A DNA stretch of 48,564 nucleotides from an uncultured Clostridia bacterium (GCA_944383255.1 CALWOY010000035.1:1-48564); one strand, 5' to 3'. Shown: positions 1-9,496, counted from the stretch's first letter. Notes: generated from the letters alone by a model not told the origin. Made by a program: numbers and translations.

Positions 1-1
1 A

Positions 2-400
2 ATGGAAGAAAAATATAGTTATCATATAAGTTTGCATCTTAGTTTTAAAAAAGATGTGGATGTGGATGAACTTGAAAGGCATTTTGGCATTGAAGCACAT
101 AAGAAAATCTCATTTTTAGATTCTAAAGGTCCACACAAAGCAGCAAAAATTTGGTATAGGTCAAAGGAGTCGACAAATGTCAACACCGACCAAGCAATTG
201 AAAGTTTTACTAGGCATATTTTCGAGTATTTTGGCGATTTGAAAGAAGTGCTTGCAAACAACAACGGAAAAGCAACTTTTAGTTTGATTTTCACAAAGAC
301 TAATGAACGCCCAATCATTGGTTTGACGCCAGCAACTATTTCTATGTTTGAAAAATTGGGAGTTGCTTTTGATGTAGATTTTATGGATACTTTTAATTAA
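2..400 (+). CDS. small cytoplasmic protein, DUF4279-like
   Basis: ORF with ATG at 2 and TAA at 398-400, followed directly by a hairpin terminator. Size and sequence pattern resemble DUF4279-type proteins (from memory, not searched). Could extend beyond the window edge. Confidence 0.55.
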   Translation: MEEKYSYHISLHLSFKKDVDVDELERHFGIEAHKKISFLDSKGPHKAAKIWYRSKESTNVNTDQAIESFTRHIFEYFGDLKEVLANNNGKATFSLIFTKTNERPIIGLTPATISMFEKLGVAFDVDFMDTFN

Positions 401-432
401 AAAAGGTTTGCCAAAATTGGCAAACCTTTTTT
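401..432. terminator. bidirectional intrinsic terminator hairpin
   Basis: GGTTTGCC (405-412) pairs with GGCAAACC (419-426). An A-run lies upstream and a T-run at 427-432. Confidence 0.7.
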
Positions 433-433
433 A

Positions 434-579
434 GACTGTCGAAAAACTGCGTGACCGAAAAAATCAAAATTTTTTTCTTGCTTCGTTTACTGCAAAACGC
501 ACAAAAACAGTCATTTAGGTCACTAAACTCCTGCTTTTGTGCATTTTGCGAGCCTCGCCTCACTTGTTTTTCGGCAGTC
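434..579. ncRNA. copy 1 of a two-copy structured RNA-like motif (orientation unresolved)
   Basis: Outer stem 434-447/566-579 (14 bp, one GU). Inner stem 492-506/535-549 (14 of 15 bp). It encloses a 28-nt loop, ACAGTCATTTAGGTCACTAAACTCCTGC, that is 26/28 identical to 48369-48396. The stems differ in sequence from copy 2 but keep their pairing. Confidence 0.4.
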
Positions 580-616
580 TACTTATTTTGTCTATAATCT
601 AAATTCTAATTCAAAC

Positions 617-943
617 TTAAAACCATCTTCTTCTACAACATCGGCAAAAACGTCTTTTACAACATCTTTTACTGCCAATACGCCTATTACAACATCTTCT
701 ATTACAATTTCGTCTATCTTTGCGACAAACACATACACATCGCCATCTGCATTGATTACATCTACATTGATTGCACCAATTAAAGTATTGACATGGGTCA
801 CAACAGTGTAGATAAATTGGTCTAGGTGGGTTAGGTGGGAATGGAGTGTTAATTTGTGTTTGTACAGGGTTACTTACAAAATTTGTTGGTGGCAAAACTG
901 AATTATCGGTTACTACTGAAGTATTTCTTATAAAATACGCCAT
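617..943 (-). CDS. small Cys/Arg-rich protein (18 Cys in the C-terminal ~60 aa); reading frame ambiguous
   Basis: Its ATG overlaps the TAA of the upstream DUF11 gene (TAATG at 941-945). A GGTGG SD-like element lies about 6 nt upstream. An alternative acidic frame (592-801) and a plus-strand frame are also open here, so this is a low-complexity periodic region. Confidence 0.4.
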   Translation of the reverse strand: MAYFIRNTSVVTDNSVLPPTNFVSNPVQTQINTPFPPNPPRPIYLHCCDPCQYFNWCNQCRCNQCRWRCVCVCRKDRRNCNRRCCNRRIGSKRCCKRRFCRCCRRRWF

Positions 944-1701
944 TAAAGTACCACCACATCAAATTCTACAACTGTATTTGCACCAACAGCCAAATTTGGA
1001 AGTGGGAAACCTACGCCTGGATTGTAAGAACCTTGCGTTACTCCATCAATCTTAACGCTACCTGCTATAAACGAAGTTCCAACAGGGATTTGGTCGGTAA
1101 ATGTCAAGTTGGTTTTTTCTAATGTTCCTGTGTTGGTGATGGTGCTTGTGTAGTGTAGTGTATCGCCTTTCAGGGCAACTTGCTTATCCACAGTTTTTAC
1201 TATATCAAGTCTATTTGAAACAACGGCAATTTCAATGGTGTTTGTGTTTTCATTAAAATTTGTTTCAGCCGCTGTGTAGGCAAGTGTTCCAAAATTGTTG
1301 AATAGATTTTCTGTCAAAGGATTATTTGCTTGGACATTGTAATTGATTGTAGTAATGGCATTAGGAGCCATGTCATCAAGATTAAAACCTGCTATAATGT
1401 CATAGGTTGGTTGGGCAACACCATTTACAATAACGCTGCCAACAACATGACTTGCGCCACTAGAAAGTGTGTCCGTAAAGAACAAATTTGACAGGTTAAA
1501 TGGTGAATTATTGGTTAAAACGATTGTTTGAATTGCAATTTCTCCCTCTTGAAGAAATGTTTTGTTTGAACTTTTAACTTTTGTGAAAGAGTAAGTTAAA
1601 ATCTCTGTTATTACAATATTACTATCTTTATTGGCTGTTTGCGATGAACCATCAGGCAAAGTATAAGTGTATTCTACATTTGAAAAGTTTGTTATTTGCA
1701 T
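943..1701 (-). CDS. DUF11 (conserved repeat domain) protein, two repeats, no signal peptide
   Basis: Carries the repeat signature LDIVKTVDK..GDTLHYTSTITNTG..TNLTFTDQIPVGTSFIAGSVKIDG. An AAGGAG RBS lies 7 nt upstream of the ATG at 1701. Confidence 0.8.
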   Translation of the reverse strand: MQITNFSNVEYTYTLPDGSSQTANKDSNIVITEILTYSFTKVKSSNKTFLQEGEIAIQTIVLTNNSPFNLSNLFFTDTLSSGASHVVGSVIVNGVAQPTYDIIAGFNLDDMAPNAITTINYNVQANNPLTENLFNNFGTLAYTAAETNFNENTNTIEIAVVSNRLDIVKTVDKQVALKGDTLHYTSTITNTGTLEKTNLTFTDQIPVGTSFIAGSVKIDGVTQGSYNPGVGFPLPNLAVGANTVVEFDVVVL

Positions 1702-1711
1702 AATTTTCTCC

Positions 1712-3034
1712 TTAATTCACTTGAACTTGAAAAGTTATTGTTGTGCTTTGTGCTAGTGTCAGCGTCCCCAAATTAAATCCTGTTTGCGGGTTGTAAGTTG
1801 GGTAATTTACTCCGTCTATAAACACAGAACTGTCAACAAAACTAGTTCCAACTGGAATATTATCAGTAAAGGTCACATTGTTTAAAGTCAAACTGCCAGT
1901 ATTAGTTACAACTGAGGTATAAGTCAAAATATCTCCGACAACTGCAACTTCTTTATCCACCGACTTTACAACTTCAAGGTCGGGGTTTGCACCATTTTCT
2001 ATTTCAATTGCCAGGCAATTTGGAACATATAAATCTCCACTTGAAGTGAAACGGATATAAGCGGTGGTTTGAAGTGGATTTAATTTTCCAGTCAAGTCTA
2101 CTGCGGTTATATCATAGCCTTGCCTACAAGCAGACGTGTTAGTGCCTGCTACAGGGTTTGCATTACGAGTTCCAAAAGTTCCACTTGTATCAAGCGTACC
2201 GTTTGAATTGTTGATTTGAGAACAAAAGAAGTTGTTTTGTGGGTTGTTTGGTCCAGATAAATTTGTGAAATCAACTCCATTTTCTCCAAATAACATTTGG
2301 TCACCAGTCAAAACCGCATCGCCTTCTTGTGCCGATACAAACAGTTTGGCATTAGGGGTTGGTTCATCAGGGGTCTGAAAACCAGAAAGCATTATTGTCG
2401 TTGTTCCAGTTGCAGGAGAAACAACTTCGCCTCCAACCCATAAATTTAAACTCCTAAACTGTAGTGCTGGATTTGCATACACAATAGAAAGGGTCCAGCC
2501 CGCGTGGTTTGTGTCATCAGTTCTATTATCTAAAGCCTCAATGAGTGCTGGTACATTGCCCACGGTGTAAGTCCCATTTCCAGAACTTTGAAGTATGCTT
2601 GTAACATTTGCTGACCTTGTGTAGAAGCCTAGTGTAATGTTATTTACATTTATATTAAATGTTTGTGCGGTGGTAGGATCTGGTAGAACACTTTGGCTAC
2701 TGACAGGTGTTGTAAATGTTACACCATTGTTTATTACACCTGAAATGTTATTCACAGTGGATCTAAAAAGTCCGCCCCAAACAAGTTCTGCGTACAAAAC
2801 CGTGCTTCCAGCGGGAAGCGAAAGCTCGGCACTAGAACTATTTAAAGCGTAGTTTAGCGTTGTACCAAAAGGGAAATCATTTACTCGCTGAGATAAATCT
2901 AAAGTTGTAAAAGCACCAATAGAACCTAAAGTTCCGGCACTGTTTGCATTTGTAAGTTTACTTAGACCTAGAGTATTGCCAGTAAATACTATATCTCCAC
3001 GTCTAATATCTGAAAATCTTTTAATAAATGCCAT
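1712..3034 (-). CDS. protein with an unknown N-terminal domain and a C-terminal DUF11 repeat, no signal peptide
   Basis: The C-terminus has LEVVKSVDKEVAVVGDILTYTSVVTNTGSLTLNNVTFTDNIPVGTSF. The start was moved to the ATG at 3034 (MAFIKRF...) because AGGAGG lies at 3039-3044. The ORF-track start at 3067 has no RBS. Confidence 0.8.
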   Translation of the reverse strand: MAFIKRFSDIRRGDIVFTGNTLGLSKLTNANSAGTLGSIGAFTTLDLSQRVNDFPFGTTLNYALNSSSAELSLPAGSTVLYAELVWGGLFRSTVNNISGVINNGVTFTTPVSSQSVLPDPTTAQTFNINVNNITLGFYTRSANVTSILQSSGNGTYTVGNVPALIEALDNRTDDTNHAGWTLSIVYANPALQFRSLNLWVGGEVVSPATGTTTIMLSGFQTPDEPTPNAKLFVSAQEGDAVLTGDQMLFGENGVDFTNLSGPNNPQNNFFCSQINNSNGTLDTSGTFGTRNANPVAGTNTSACRQGYDITAVDLTGKLNPLQTTAYIRFTSSGDLYVPNCLAIEIENGANPDLEVVKSVDKEVAVVGDILTYTSVVTNTGSLTLNNVTFTDNIPVGTSFVDSSVFIDGVNYPTYNPQTGFNLGTLTLAQSTTITFQVQVN

Positions 3035-3222
3035 ATTTCCTCCTGTGTACCATATCATACTATTCATAAAATAAAATTTTGTTTTAATTTTATTTATTTC
3101 AAAGGAATATTATAATAGTAGATTTATTAAATGACACATTTTAGTTATAAATATGTCAATAAATATGGTACTATATTCCAAATTTTATGGTATACTTCTA
3201 TGATAAGAGCAGGAGAATATTT

Positions 3223-4590
3223 ATGACAAAATCAGAAATTTTAGAAAAACAAAAAGAATTTTTTTTGACAGGAGAAACTAAGAATATTGCATTTAGGAAA
3301 AAACAATTACAAAATTTAAAAAAAGCGATTTTAGATAATGAACAAAACATATATAATGCATTAAAAATTGACCTTGGAAAAACTGAGATAGAAAGTTATA
3401 TGTGTGAGTTTGCTCTTGTTATTAATGAAATTGATTATATGTTAAAACATATAAAAAGTTTTTCAAAACCAAAAAGAGTGCATACAGAAATAGCAAATTT
3501 TCCAGCAAAATCTTATACAATTTCTTCTCCCAAAGGAAATGTTTTGATTATGAGCCCTTGGAATTATCCTTTTATGCTTACCATGGAACCACTTGTTGAT
3601 GCCATTGCAGCAGGGAACACTGCTATTGTAAAACCATCATCATATTCCAAAGCAACAAGTCAACTTATTCATAATATAATTTCAAAAACTTTCGAACCAA
3701 AATTTGTTGCAAGTATACTTGGTGGAAGAGAGACAAATCAAGACCTTTTGACTTTAAAATTCGATCATATCTTTTTTACTGGGAGTAAAGCGGTTGGACA
3801 TGAAGTTTTAAAGAGTGCAGAAAAAAATATGACAACTGTCACTTTAGAGCTCGGTGGAAAAAGTCCTTGTATTGTGGATAAAAGTGCAAAGATTTCTCTT
3901 TCAGCAAAAAGAATAATATTTGGCAAACTTATGAATGTAGGGCAAACATGCGTTGCACCGGATTATATATTGGTACATGAAAGTATAAAAAATCATTTAT
4001 TAGAAAATCTTGTTTTACAAATTAAACACCAGTATGGAGAGAATCCCCTTGAAGACAAAAATTACGGAAAAATAATTTCACAGAAACATTTTGACAAAGT
4101 TGTTAGTTTGCTAGAAGACCAAGAAATATATTATGGTGGAAGATTTGATGTCCAAAAACTTAAAATTGAGCCAACCATTGTGGTTGATCCAAAATTTGAT
4201 TCACCTATAATGACTGAAGAAATTTTTGGACCTATTATTCCAGTGGTAACATATAATACGGATGACGAAGCATTGCAAATAATTAGGCGTAGCGATACAC
4301 CACTTGCTATGTATGTATTTAGTCAAAATCAAAATTTTATACATTACTTTGAAAATAATGTTCAATTTGGTGGGGGATGTATAAATGATACAATTATGCA
4401 CCTTACAACTCCACTATTAGCATTTGGCGGAGTAGGTCAAAGTGGCATGGGTGCATATCATGGGAAAAAAGGATTTGATACTTTTTCACATTATAAAAGT
4501 ATAATAAATAAGTCAACTAATTTAGATTTACCTTTAAGATATAGGCCACATTCAAAATTTAAGAAAAAAATGATAAAGAAATTTTTATAA
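3223..4590 (+). CDS. NAD(P)-dependent aldehyde dehydrogenase (ALDH3-like)
   Basis: Contains the ELGGKSP, GQTCVAPDY (catalytic Cys) and EEIFGPI motifs. The start was set at ATG 3223, which is preceded by AGGAG at 3211-3215. Confidence 0.9.
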   Translation: MTKSEILEKQKEFFLTGETKNIAFRKKQLQNLKKAILDNEQNIYNALKIDLGKTEIESYMCEFALVINEIDYMLKHIKSFSKPKRVHTEIANFPAKSYTISSPKGNVLIMSPWNYPFMLTMEPLVDAIAAGNTAIVKPSSYSKATSQLIHNIISKTFEPKFVASILGGRETNQDLLTLKFDHIFFTGSKAVGHEVLKSAEKNMTTVTLELGGKSPCIVDKSAKISLSAKRIIFGKLMNVGQTCVAPDYILVHESIKNHLLENLVLQIKHQYGENPLEDKNYGKIISQKHFDKVVSLLEDQEIYYGGRFDVQKLKIEPTIVVDPKFDSPIMTEEIFGPIIPVVTYNTDDEALQIIRRSDTPLAMYVFSQNQNFIHYFENNVQFGGGCINDTIMHLTTPLLAFGGVGQSGMGAYHGKKGFDTFSHYKSIINKSTNLDLPLRYRPHSKFKKKMIKKFL

Positions 4591-4628
4591 ACATTATATA
4601 AAAAATTATATTCAATTTTGAATAGCAT

Positions 4629-4658
4629 AAAAAACACCAACATTGAGTTGGTGTTTTT
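4629..4658. terminator. bidirectional terminator between the convergent aldH and spoVG genes
   Basis: AACACCAAC (4633-4641) pairs with GTTGGTGTT (4647-4655), flanked by A- and T-runs. Confidence 0.75.
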
Positions 4659-4666
4659 AATATTAA

Positions 4667-4945
4667 CTATTCTTCTGCTGGTGCATTAGCAAGTTCTTTT
4701 TCATAAGCCTCAATAACTTTTTTGCTGATCATTTCACGTGTTTCAGTGTTGATTGGATGAACTATGTCTTTGAATTCGCCCTCAGGAGTTTTTCTTGATG
4801 GCATTGCAATAAACAATCCGTCAGTTCCACTGATAACCTTGATGTCATGAATTACGAAGCAATCATCAATTGTTATGCTTGCTGCTGCTTTGAGTTTTGA
4901 GTCTTCTTTTTTTACTAGTCTTACTCTAACTTCTGTAATGTTCAT
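4667..4945 (-). CDS. spoVG: septation protein SpoVG
   Basis: [10 protein letters not shown]...[15 protein letters not shown]...[10 protein letters not shown] is the canonical SpoVG sequence. Confidence 0.95.
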   Translation of the reverse strand: MNITEVRVRLVKKEDSKLKAAASITIDDCFVIHDIKVISGTDGLFIAMPSRKTPEGEFKDIVHPINTETREMISKKVIEAYEKELANAPAEE

Positions 4946-5075
4946 TTTTGCATCTCCTTTATATTTGCTATGTCCTTTATATCACAAAATAATACAATTG
5001 GCAAATATTTTAACAAAATTTTTATTTTGCTATATGTGAGGTGTCAATATGTTAATTTTCTTCATATAAAACTAT

Positions 5076-6353
5076 ATGAAATACCATTTTGTTGGCATAT
5101 GTGGAATAAGTATGTCCGCACTTGCTGTGCATTTACGAAATAGCGGGCACATAGTTCAAGGGTCTGATATAAATCATGGAGATATGGCAAAAAATCTTGA
5201 AGCAGAAGGTATTAAGGTGTTCGCCCAGCATAATAAGAATAACATTAAAGATTGCGATGTTTTAGTATATAATTTTGCTATTGATGAAAATAACGAAGAG
5301 ATAGTTTATGCGAAACAAAACAATATAAAAATAATTTCTCGTGCTGACCTTTTGGAAGAGATTAGTAAAGAATATAAAAATGTGATAGCAATTGCTGGTT
5401 CTCATGGGAAGACTACTACTGTGGCAATGATGTATTCTTGTTTAAAGTGTGCAAATTTAAAGCCAACACTTCACATTGGTGGCATAATAGAAGCGCAAAA
5501 GTTTGGATATGTTGAAGGTGATAAAAACTATTTTGTAACAGAAGCATGCGAATTTCATGATAGTTTTTTAGCACTCAAACCAGATATTGGCATAATACTC
5601 AATATTGAGCCTGAACATTTAGACTATTTTAAAACCTTTGATAATGAAGTAAATTCATACATCAAATTTGCAAATAATTGCGAAAATGTTATAGTTACGC
5701 AAGATTTAAGTGGTTTTGAGAACATAACTACTAATATTTGTGCAAAAAACATTGAACTTGTAAATCATAGATACCATTTTGATGTGTACATAGACAGCGA
5801 ATATTTCATGCATATAGATTTAAATATTCTTGGCAAGTACAACATACAAAATGCGCTATGTGTTATTGCTGCATGTAAAAAACTTGGAATAGACAAAAAG
5901 TATATATATCTCGGTCTTAAAAATGCGGCTAACATAAAACGACGTTTTGAGGTAATAAAAACTAAGCCTGTCTTATTGGTTCATGACTATGCACATCATC
6001 CAACACAAGTAGAAAAGACGATTGCGACATTTCGTGAATGTTGCAGTGGTAAAATTTTGGTAGTATTTCAACCTCATACTTATTCGCGCACAAAAGCATT
6101 TTTTAATCAGTTTTTAGATTGCTTTAATTGTGCTGATGAAATTTTTATTTTAAAAACTTATGCGGCAAGAGAAAAATATGACAAAAACGCCAGTGCATTT
6201 ATGTTATACAAGCACTTAAAAAATAAGAAAAAGTGCAGATATTTTACTGACTTTAAAAGAGCCAAAAAGGCGGTGCAAAGTGAGATTGATAAAGGTTTTA
6301 ATGTAATCTTTTTAGGCGCTGGTGACATAGATGAATTGGCGTACACTTTTTAA
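5076..6353 (+). CDS. murC: UDP-N-acetylmuramate--L-alanine ligase
   Basis: HFVGICGISMSALA N-terminus, the GSHGKTTT P-loop, and Mur ligase length. Confidence 0.9.
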   Translation: MKYHFVGICGISMSALAVHLRNSGHIVQGSDINHGDMAKNLEAEGIKVFAQHNKNNIKDCDVLVYNFAIDENNEEIVYAKQNNIKIISRADLLEEISKEYKNVIAIAGSHGKTTTVAMMYSCLKCANLKPTLHIGGIIEAQKFGYVEGDKNYFVTEACEFHDSFLALKPDIGIILNIEPEHLDYFKTFDNEVNSYIKFANNCENVIVTQDLSGFENITTNICAKNIELVNHRYHFDVYIDSEYFMHIDLNILGKYNIQNALCVIAACKKLGIDKKYIYLGLKNAANIKRRFEVIKTKPVLLVHDYAHHPTQVEKTIATFRECCSGKILVVFQPHTYSRTKAFFNQFLDCFNCADEIFILKTYAAREKYDKNASAFMLYKHLKNKKKCRYFTDFKRAKKAVQSEIDKGFNVIFLGAGDIDELAYTF

Positions 6354-6363
6354 AAAAATTTGG

Positions 6364-6392
6364 TTGACAACTATATTTTTATATGCTAAGAT
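6364..6392 (+). promoter_or_regulatory. sigma-A type promoter of rpmE
   Basis: TTGACA (6364-6369), a 17-nt spacer, then TAAGAT (6387-6392) with a TGc extended -10. Confidence 0.6.
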
Positions 6393-6426
6393 ATATCAGC
6401 GAAATTATTTAAGAAGGTGAAACATT

Positions 6427-6630
6427 ATGAAACAAGACATACATCCAAATTATCATGAAGTCACAGTTACTTGTGCTTGTGGCAACACATTCAAAACTGG
6501 TTCTTGTGTCAAAGGTGACACAATAAAGGTTGATATTTGTAACAAATGTCATCCATTCTTTTCTGGAAAACAAAAAATCGTCGATGTTGGCGGAAGAGTG
6601 GAAAAATTCAAAAAAACACACAATATTTAG
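6427..6630 (+). CDS. rpmE: 50S ribosomal protein L31 (Zn-binding type A)
   Basis: [10 protein letters not shown] start, with CACG and CNKCHPFF Cys pairs. Confidence 0.95.
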   Translation: MKQDIHPNYHEVTVTCACGNTFKTGSCVKGDTIKVDICNKCHPFFSGKQKIVDVGGRVEKFKKTHNI

Positions 6631-6637
6631 TTTTTGT

Positions 6638-6665
6638 CACAACCTTACCAGGTTGTGTTTTTTTA
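6638..6665 (+). terminator. intrinsic terminator after rpmE
   Basis: CACAACC (6638-6644) pairs with GGTTGTG (6651-6657), followed by a T-run. Confidence 0.8.
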
Positions 6666-6704
6666 TTTGTTTTAAAATAATAATAATAAGTCCATAATAT
6701 TTTT

Positions 6705-8405
6705 ATGAAAAAAATATTTACACTCCCTTGCCTTTATGGTGTTGGATTTTATTATAACAAAAATTGCGCCATAAGTTATGTTGACCAAAATGGCAAATCT
6801 CATATTGTTTCAGAGAAAAATAAAGCAAAAATTATATATCACAATTTTGTTTTTTTAAGAGGGCTTGAATATCTTATTTTTGGCTTGTATTATTTTATTA
6901 AAAATATAATAAAAATGCCTTTTGATTTTAAAGAAAATGGTGCCATAAAAAGTGCTTCCAAATCTTTAAATATTTCGGTCAGATATATTCTAATGTCGCT
7001 TTTTATTTTATTGGCACTTGTTGTTTCACTGCTTTTATTTGGTTATGTTCCTGTTAGGTTATCTGTACTTATAACTGGTTATAATCAAAGTGCTTTTTTA
7101 ACTAGATTTATTGTAGCGCTTATAAAAGTTGCACTTGTGTATGCTGTGTTACTTTCGGTAAAATATCTTATTCCTTTTAGGCAGTTTTATAGGTTTAACT
7201 CATGCGGAAACTTTATAACAGACGATGTAGTTCATAAACCAACCAATTTTTTAAATTATATTGTGTTTGGTTTTTGTTTAAGTTTTATAATTGTATCTTT
7301 TGTTGGACTTACAGCAAACAATTTTTTAAAGCCTATTTTAAACTTGCTAATTTCTATATTTTGTTTTACAATTGCTTATGAAATATTGCTACTGCTTGAC
7401 AATAGTAAACTTTCTTGGCTAAAAAAGAGTTGCATTATCACATCATTTTTAGTTAATGAAAAACCAACAAATACAGAGGTTTATATTGCTTTGTCGGCGT
7501 ACAGTGAAGTGAAATTTATGAATACAAAGAAAAGAGATATTGTAAGCACAGAAGATTTTAAAGAAGGAGAAGTTAGTTTTTCTTCTATTTATGCTGAAAG
7601 CAAATTAAAACTTAAAAATGCTGGAATAACTGACGACAGTGAGTTAGATTTTCTTATATGTGAAGTGCTTAACGTCAAACGTGGCAAACTTAGGCTTATA
7701 ACAAAAATTAAACAGACTCAGAAAAAACAAATAGAAGATGCAGTAAAACGCAGAATAGCAGGTGAGCCAATTACAAAAATATTTGGTCATACAAATTTTT
7801 ATGGCTATGATTTTATTGTTACAAAGGATGTGTTATCGCCTAGGCAAGAAACAGAGATTTTAGTTGAAACTGTACTTAAACATATAAAAGGTAAAGTGCG
7901 AGTTCTAGATTTGTGTACAGGAAGTGGAATTATTGCTATTTGTATTGCCAAAAAATCCAATACTACTGTTGTTGCAACAGATATTTCATCACGAGCACTG
8001 GACATTGCACAAAAAAATGCTGACAAAAATAAAGTAAAAATCACTTTTAAAAAATCCGATTTGTTTTTAAACTTGAAAAGTATAAAGAAGTTTGATATAA
8101 TAGTTAGTAATCCACCATATATACCAACAGAAGAAATTGAAAATTTAGATGTTGAGGTCAAAAATTATGACCCACATATTTCACTTGATGGAGGGCAAGA
8201 TGGACTTTTGTTTTATAGTAATATCATTGCACAGGCGCCATCTTTTTTAACAAAGGGTGGAAAAATCTTTTTCGAAGTAGGCAAAGGTCAAAGTTTAGAT
8301 GTCGCTAAACTTTTAGAAAAAGATTTTGAAAATATAAATATAATAAAAGACTATAATAAGATAAATAGAGTGGTTTATGCCACTAAGAAGATAAAGAAAG
8401 GATAG
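6705..8405 (+). CDS. prmC: fusion of a polytopic membrane domain (DUF1385-like) with release-factor glutamine methyltransferase PrmC
   Basis: The C-terminal ~285 aa carry VLDLCTGSGIIA (SAM site) and IVSNPPYI (NPPY). The N-terminal ~280 aa have several hydrophobic helices and an FLRGLEYL motif reminiscent of DUF1385. It is a single uninterrupted ORF. Confidence 0.8.
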   Translation: MKKIFTLPCLYGVGFYYNKNCAISYVDQNGKSHIVSEKNKAKIIYHNFVFLRGLEYLIFGLYYFIKNIIKMPFDFKENGAIKSASKSLNISVRYILMSLFILLALVVSLLLFGYVPVRLSVLITGYNQSAFLTRFIVALIKVALVYAVLLSVKYLIPFRQFYRFNSCGNFITDDVVHKPTNFLNYIVFGFCLSFIIVSFVGLTANNFLKPILNLLISIFCFTIAYEILLLLDNSKLSWLKKSCIITSFLVNEKPTNTEVYIALSAYSEVKFMNTKKRDIVSTEDFKEGEVSFSSIYAESKLKLKNAGITDDSELDFLICEVLNVKRGKLRLITKIKQTQKKQIEDAVKRRIAGEPITKIFGHTNFYGYDFIVTKDVLSPRQETEILVETVLKHIKGKVRVLDLCTGSGIIAICIAKKSNTTVVATDISSRALDIAQKNADKNKVKITFKKSDLFLNLKSIKKFDIIVSNPPYIPTEEIENLDVEVKNYDPHISLDGGQDGLLFYSNIIAQAPSFLTKGGKIFFEVGKGQSLDVAKLLEKDFENINIIKDYNKINRVVYATKKIKKG

Positions 8406-8410
8406 AAATT

Positions 8411-9484
8411 ATGTTAGAGCAGACAACAAAGATTAAACAAAGATATGACGAATTGACAAAACTTGTAATTGACCCAGAAGTCATTGCAGATAACAAACGT
8501 TGGCAAAAATTAGTAAAAGAACGTAGTAGTATTGAAGAAATTGCAAATTGTCATGATGCGCTTATTAAACTTCAAAAAAATTTAGAAGATAGTAAAAATA
8601 TTTTAAAAGTTGAAACTGACCCGGAAATGATTGAAGTATTTAAAGAAGATGTTTTAAACACCGAAAAACAAATTCGTGAGCTTAATGATAAACTTCAAAT
8701 ACTTTTGCTTCCAAAAGATGAAAATGATGATAAAAACGTAATTCTTGAAATTCGTCCTGCTGCTGGCGGTGAGGAATCATCACTTTTTGCCAGTGAACTT
8801 ATGAATATGTACATAAGATATGCTGAGCGTAACAATTGGCAAGTTGAAGTAAATGAACTCGAAGAAACTGAACTGGGTGGACTAAAGCAATGTAGCATCA
8901 CCATAAAAGGTACAGATGTTTATAGTAAACTTAAATATGAAAGTGGTGTTCATCGTGTGCAACGTGTTCCAGAAACAGAAAGTCAAGGCCGTGTACATAC
9001 ATCAACTGTGACAGTTGCTGTGCTTCCTGAGATGGAAGAAGTTGATTTTGAAATCTTGGATAAAGATTTAAGAATAGATACTTATAGGTCAAGCGGTGCT
9101 GGTGGACAACATGTAAATAAAACTGAGAGCGCTATAAGAATAACACATTTGCCAACAGGTATTGTTGTTGCTTGTCAAGATGAGCGTTCGCAAATAAAAA
9201 ATCGTGAAAAAGCAATGAATATTTTAAAGTCAAAACTTTACGATTACTACAAAACTCAAATCGACACAAAATATAGTCAAGATAGAAAAAATCAGGTTGG
9301 TACTGGCGATAGGAGTGAACGTATTCGCACATACAACTTCCCACAAGGGAGAATTACAGACCATAGAATAAATTACTCAATGTTTAATATGGCAACCTTT
9401 TTGGACGGCGACATTGAAGAGATGGTAGAACAACTGCAAAAATATGATCAACAAAAGAAATTGGAAAATTTATCACTGAAATAA
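8411..9484 (+). CDS. prfA: peptide chain release factor 1
   Basis: PET tripeptide (RVPETESQGRVHTS) and the GGQ motif (SGAGGQHVNKTESA). Confidence 0.95.
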   Translation: MLEQTTKIKQRYDELTKLVIDPEVIADNKRWQKLVKERSSIEEIANCHDALIKLQKNLEDSKNILKVETDPEMIEVFKEDVLNTEKQIRELNDKLQILLLPKDENDDKNVILEIRPAAGGEESSLFASELMNMYIRYAERNNWQVEVNELEETELGGLKQCSITIKGTDVYSKLKYESGVHRVQRVPETESQGRVHTSTVTVAVLPEMEEVDFEILDKDLRIDTYRSSGAGGQHVNKTESAIRITHLPTGIVVACQDERSQIKNREKAMNILKSKLYDYYKTQIDTKYSQDRKNQVGTGDRSERIRTYNFPQGRITDHRINYSMFNMATFLDGDIEEMVEQLQKYDQQKKLENLSLK

Positions 9485-9496
9485 AAAGGAGGTAAA

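Noticed and set aside
539-811. Plus-strand 90-aa Ser/Thr-rich ORF and minus-strand 69-aa acidic ORF (592-801)
   Set aside because: They overlap a low-complexity periodic region where all frames are open. The plus-strand ORF starts inside the structured motif, and the acidic ORF has a GTG start without an SD. The ambiguity is kept as a finding rather than called as genes.
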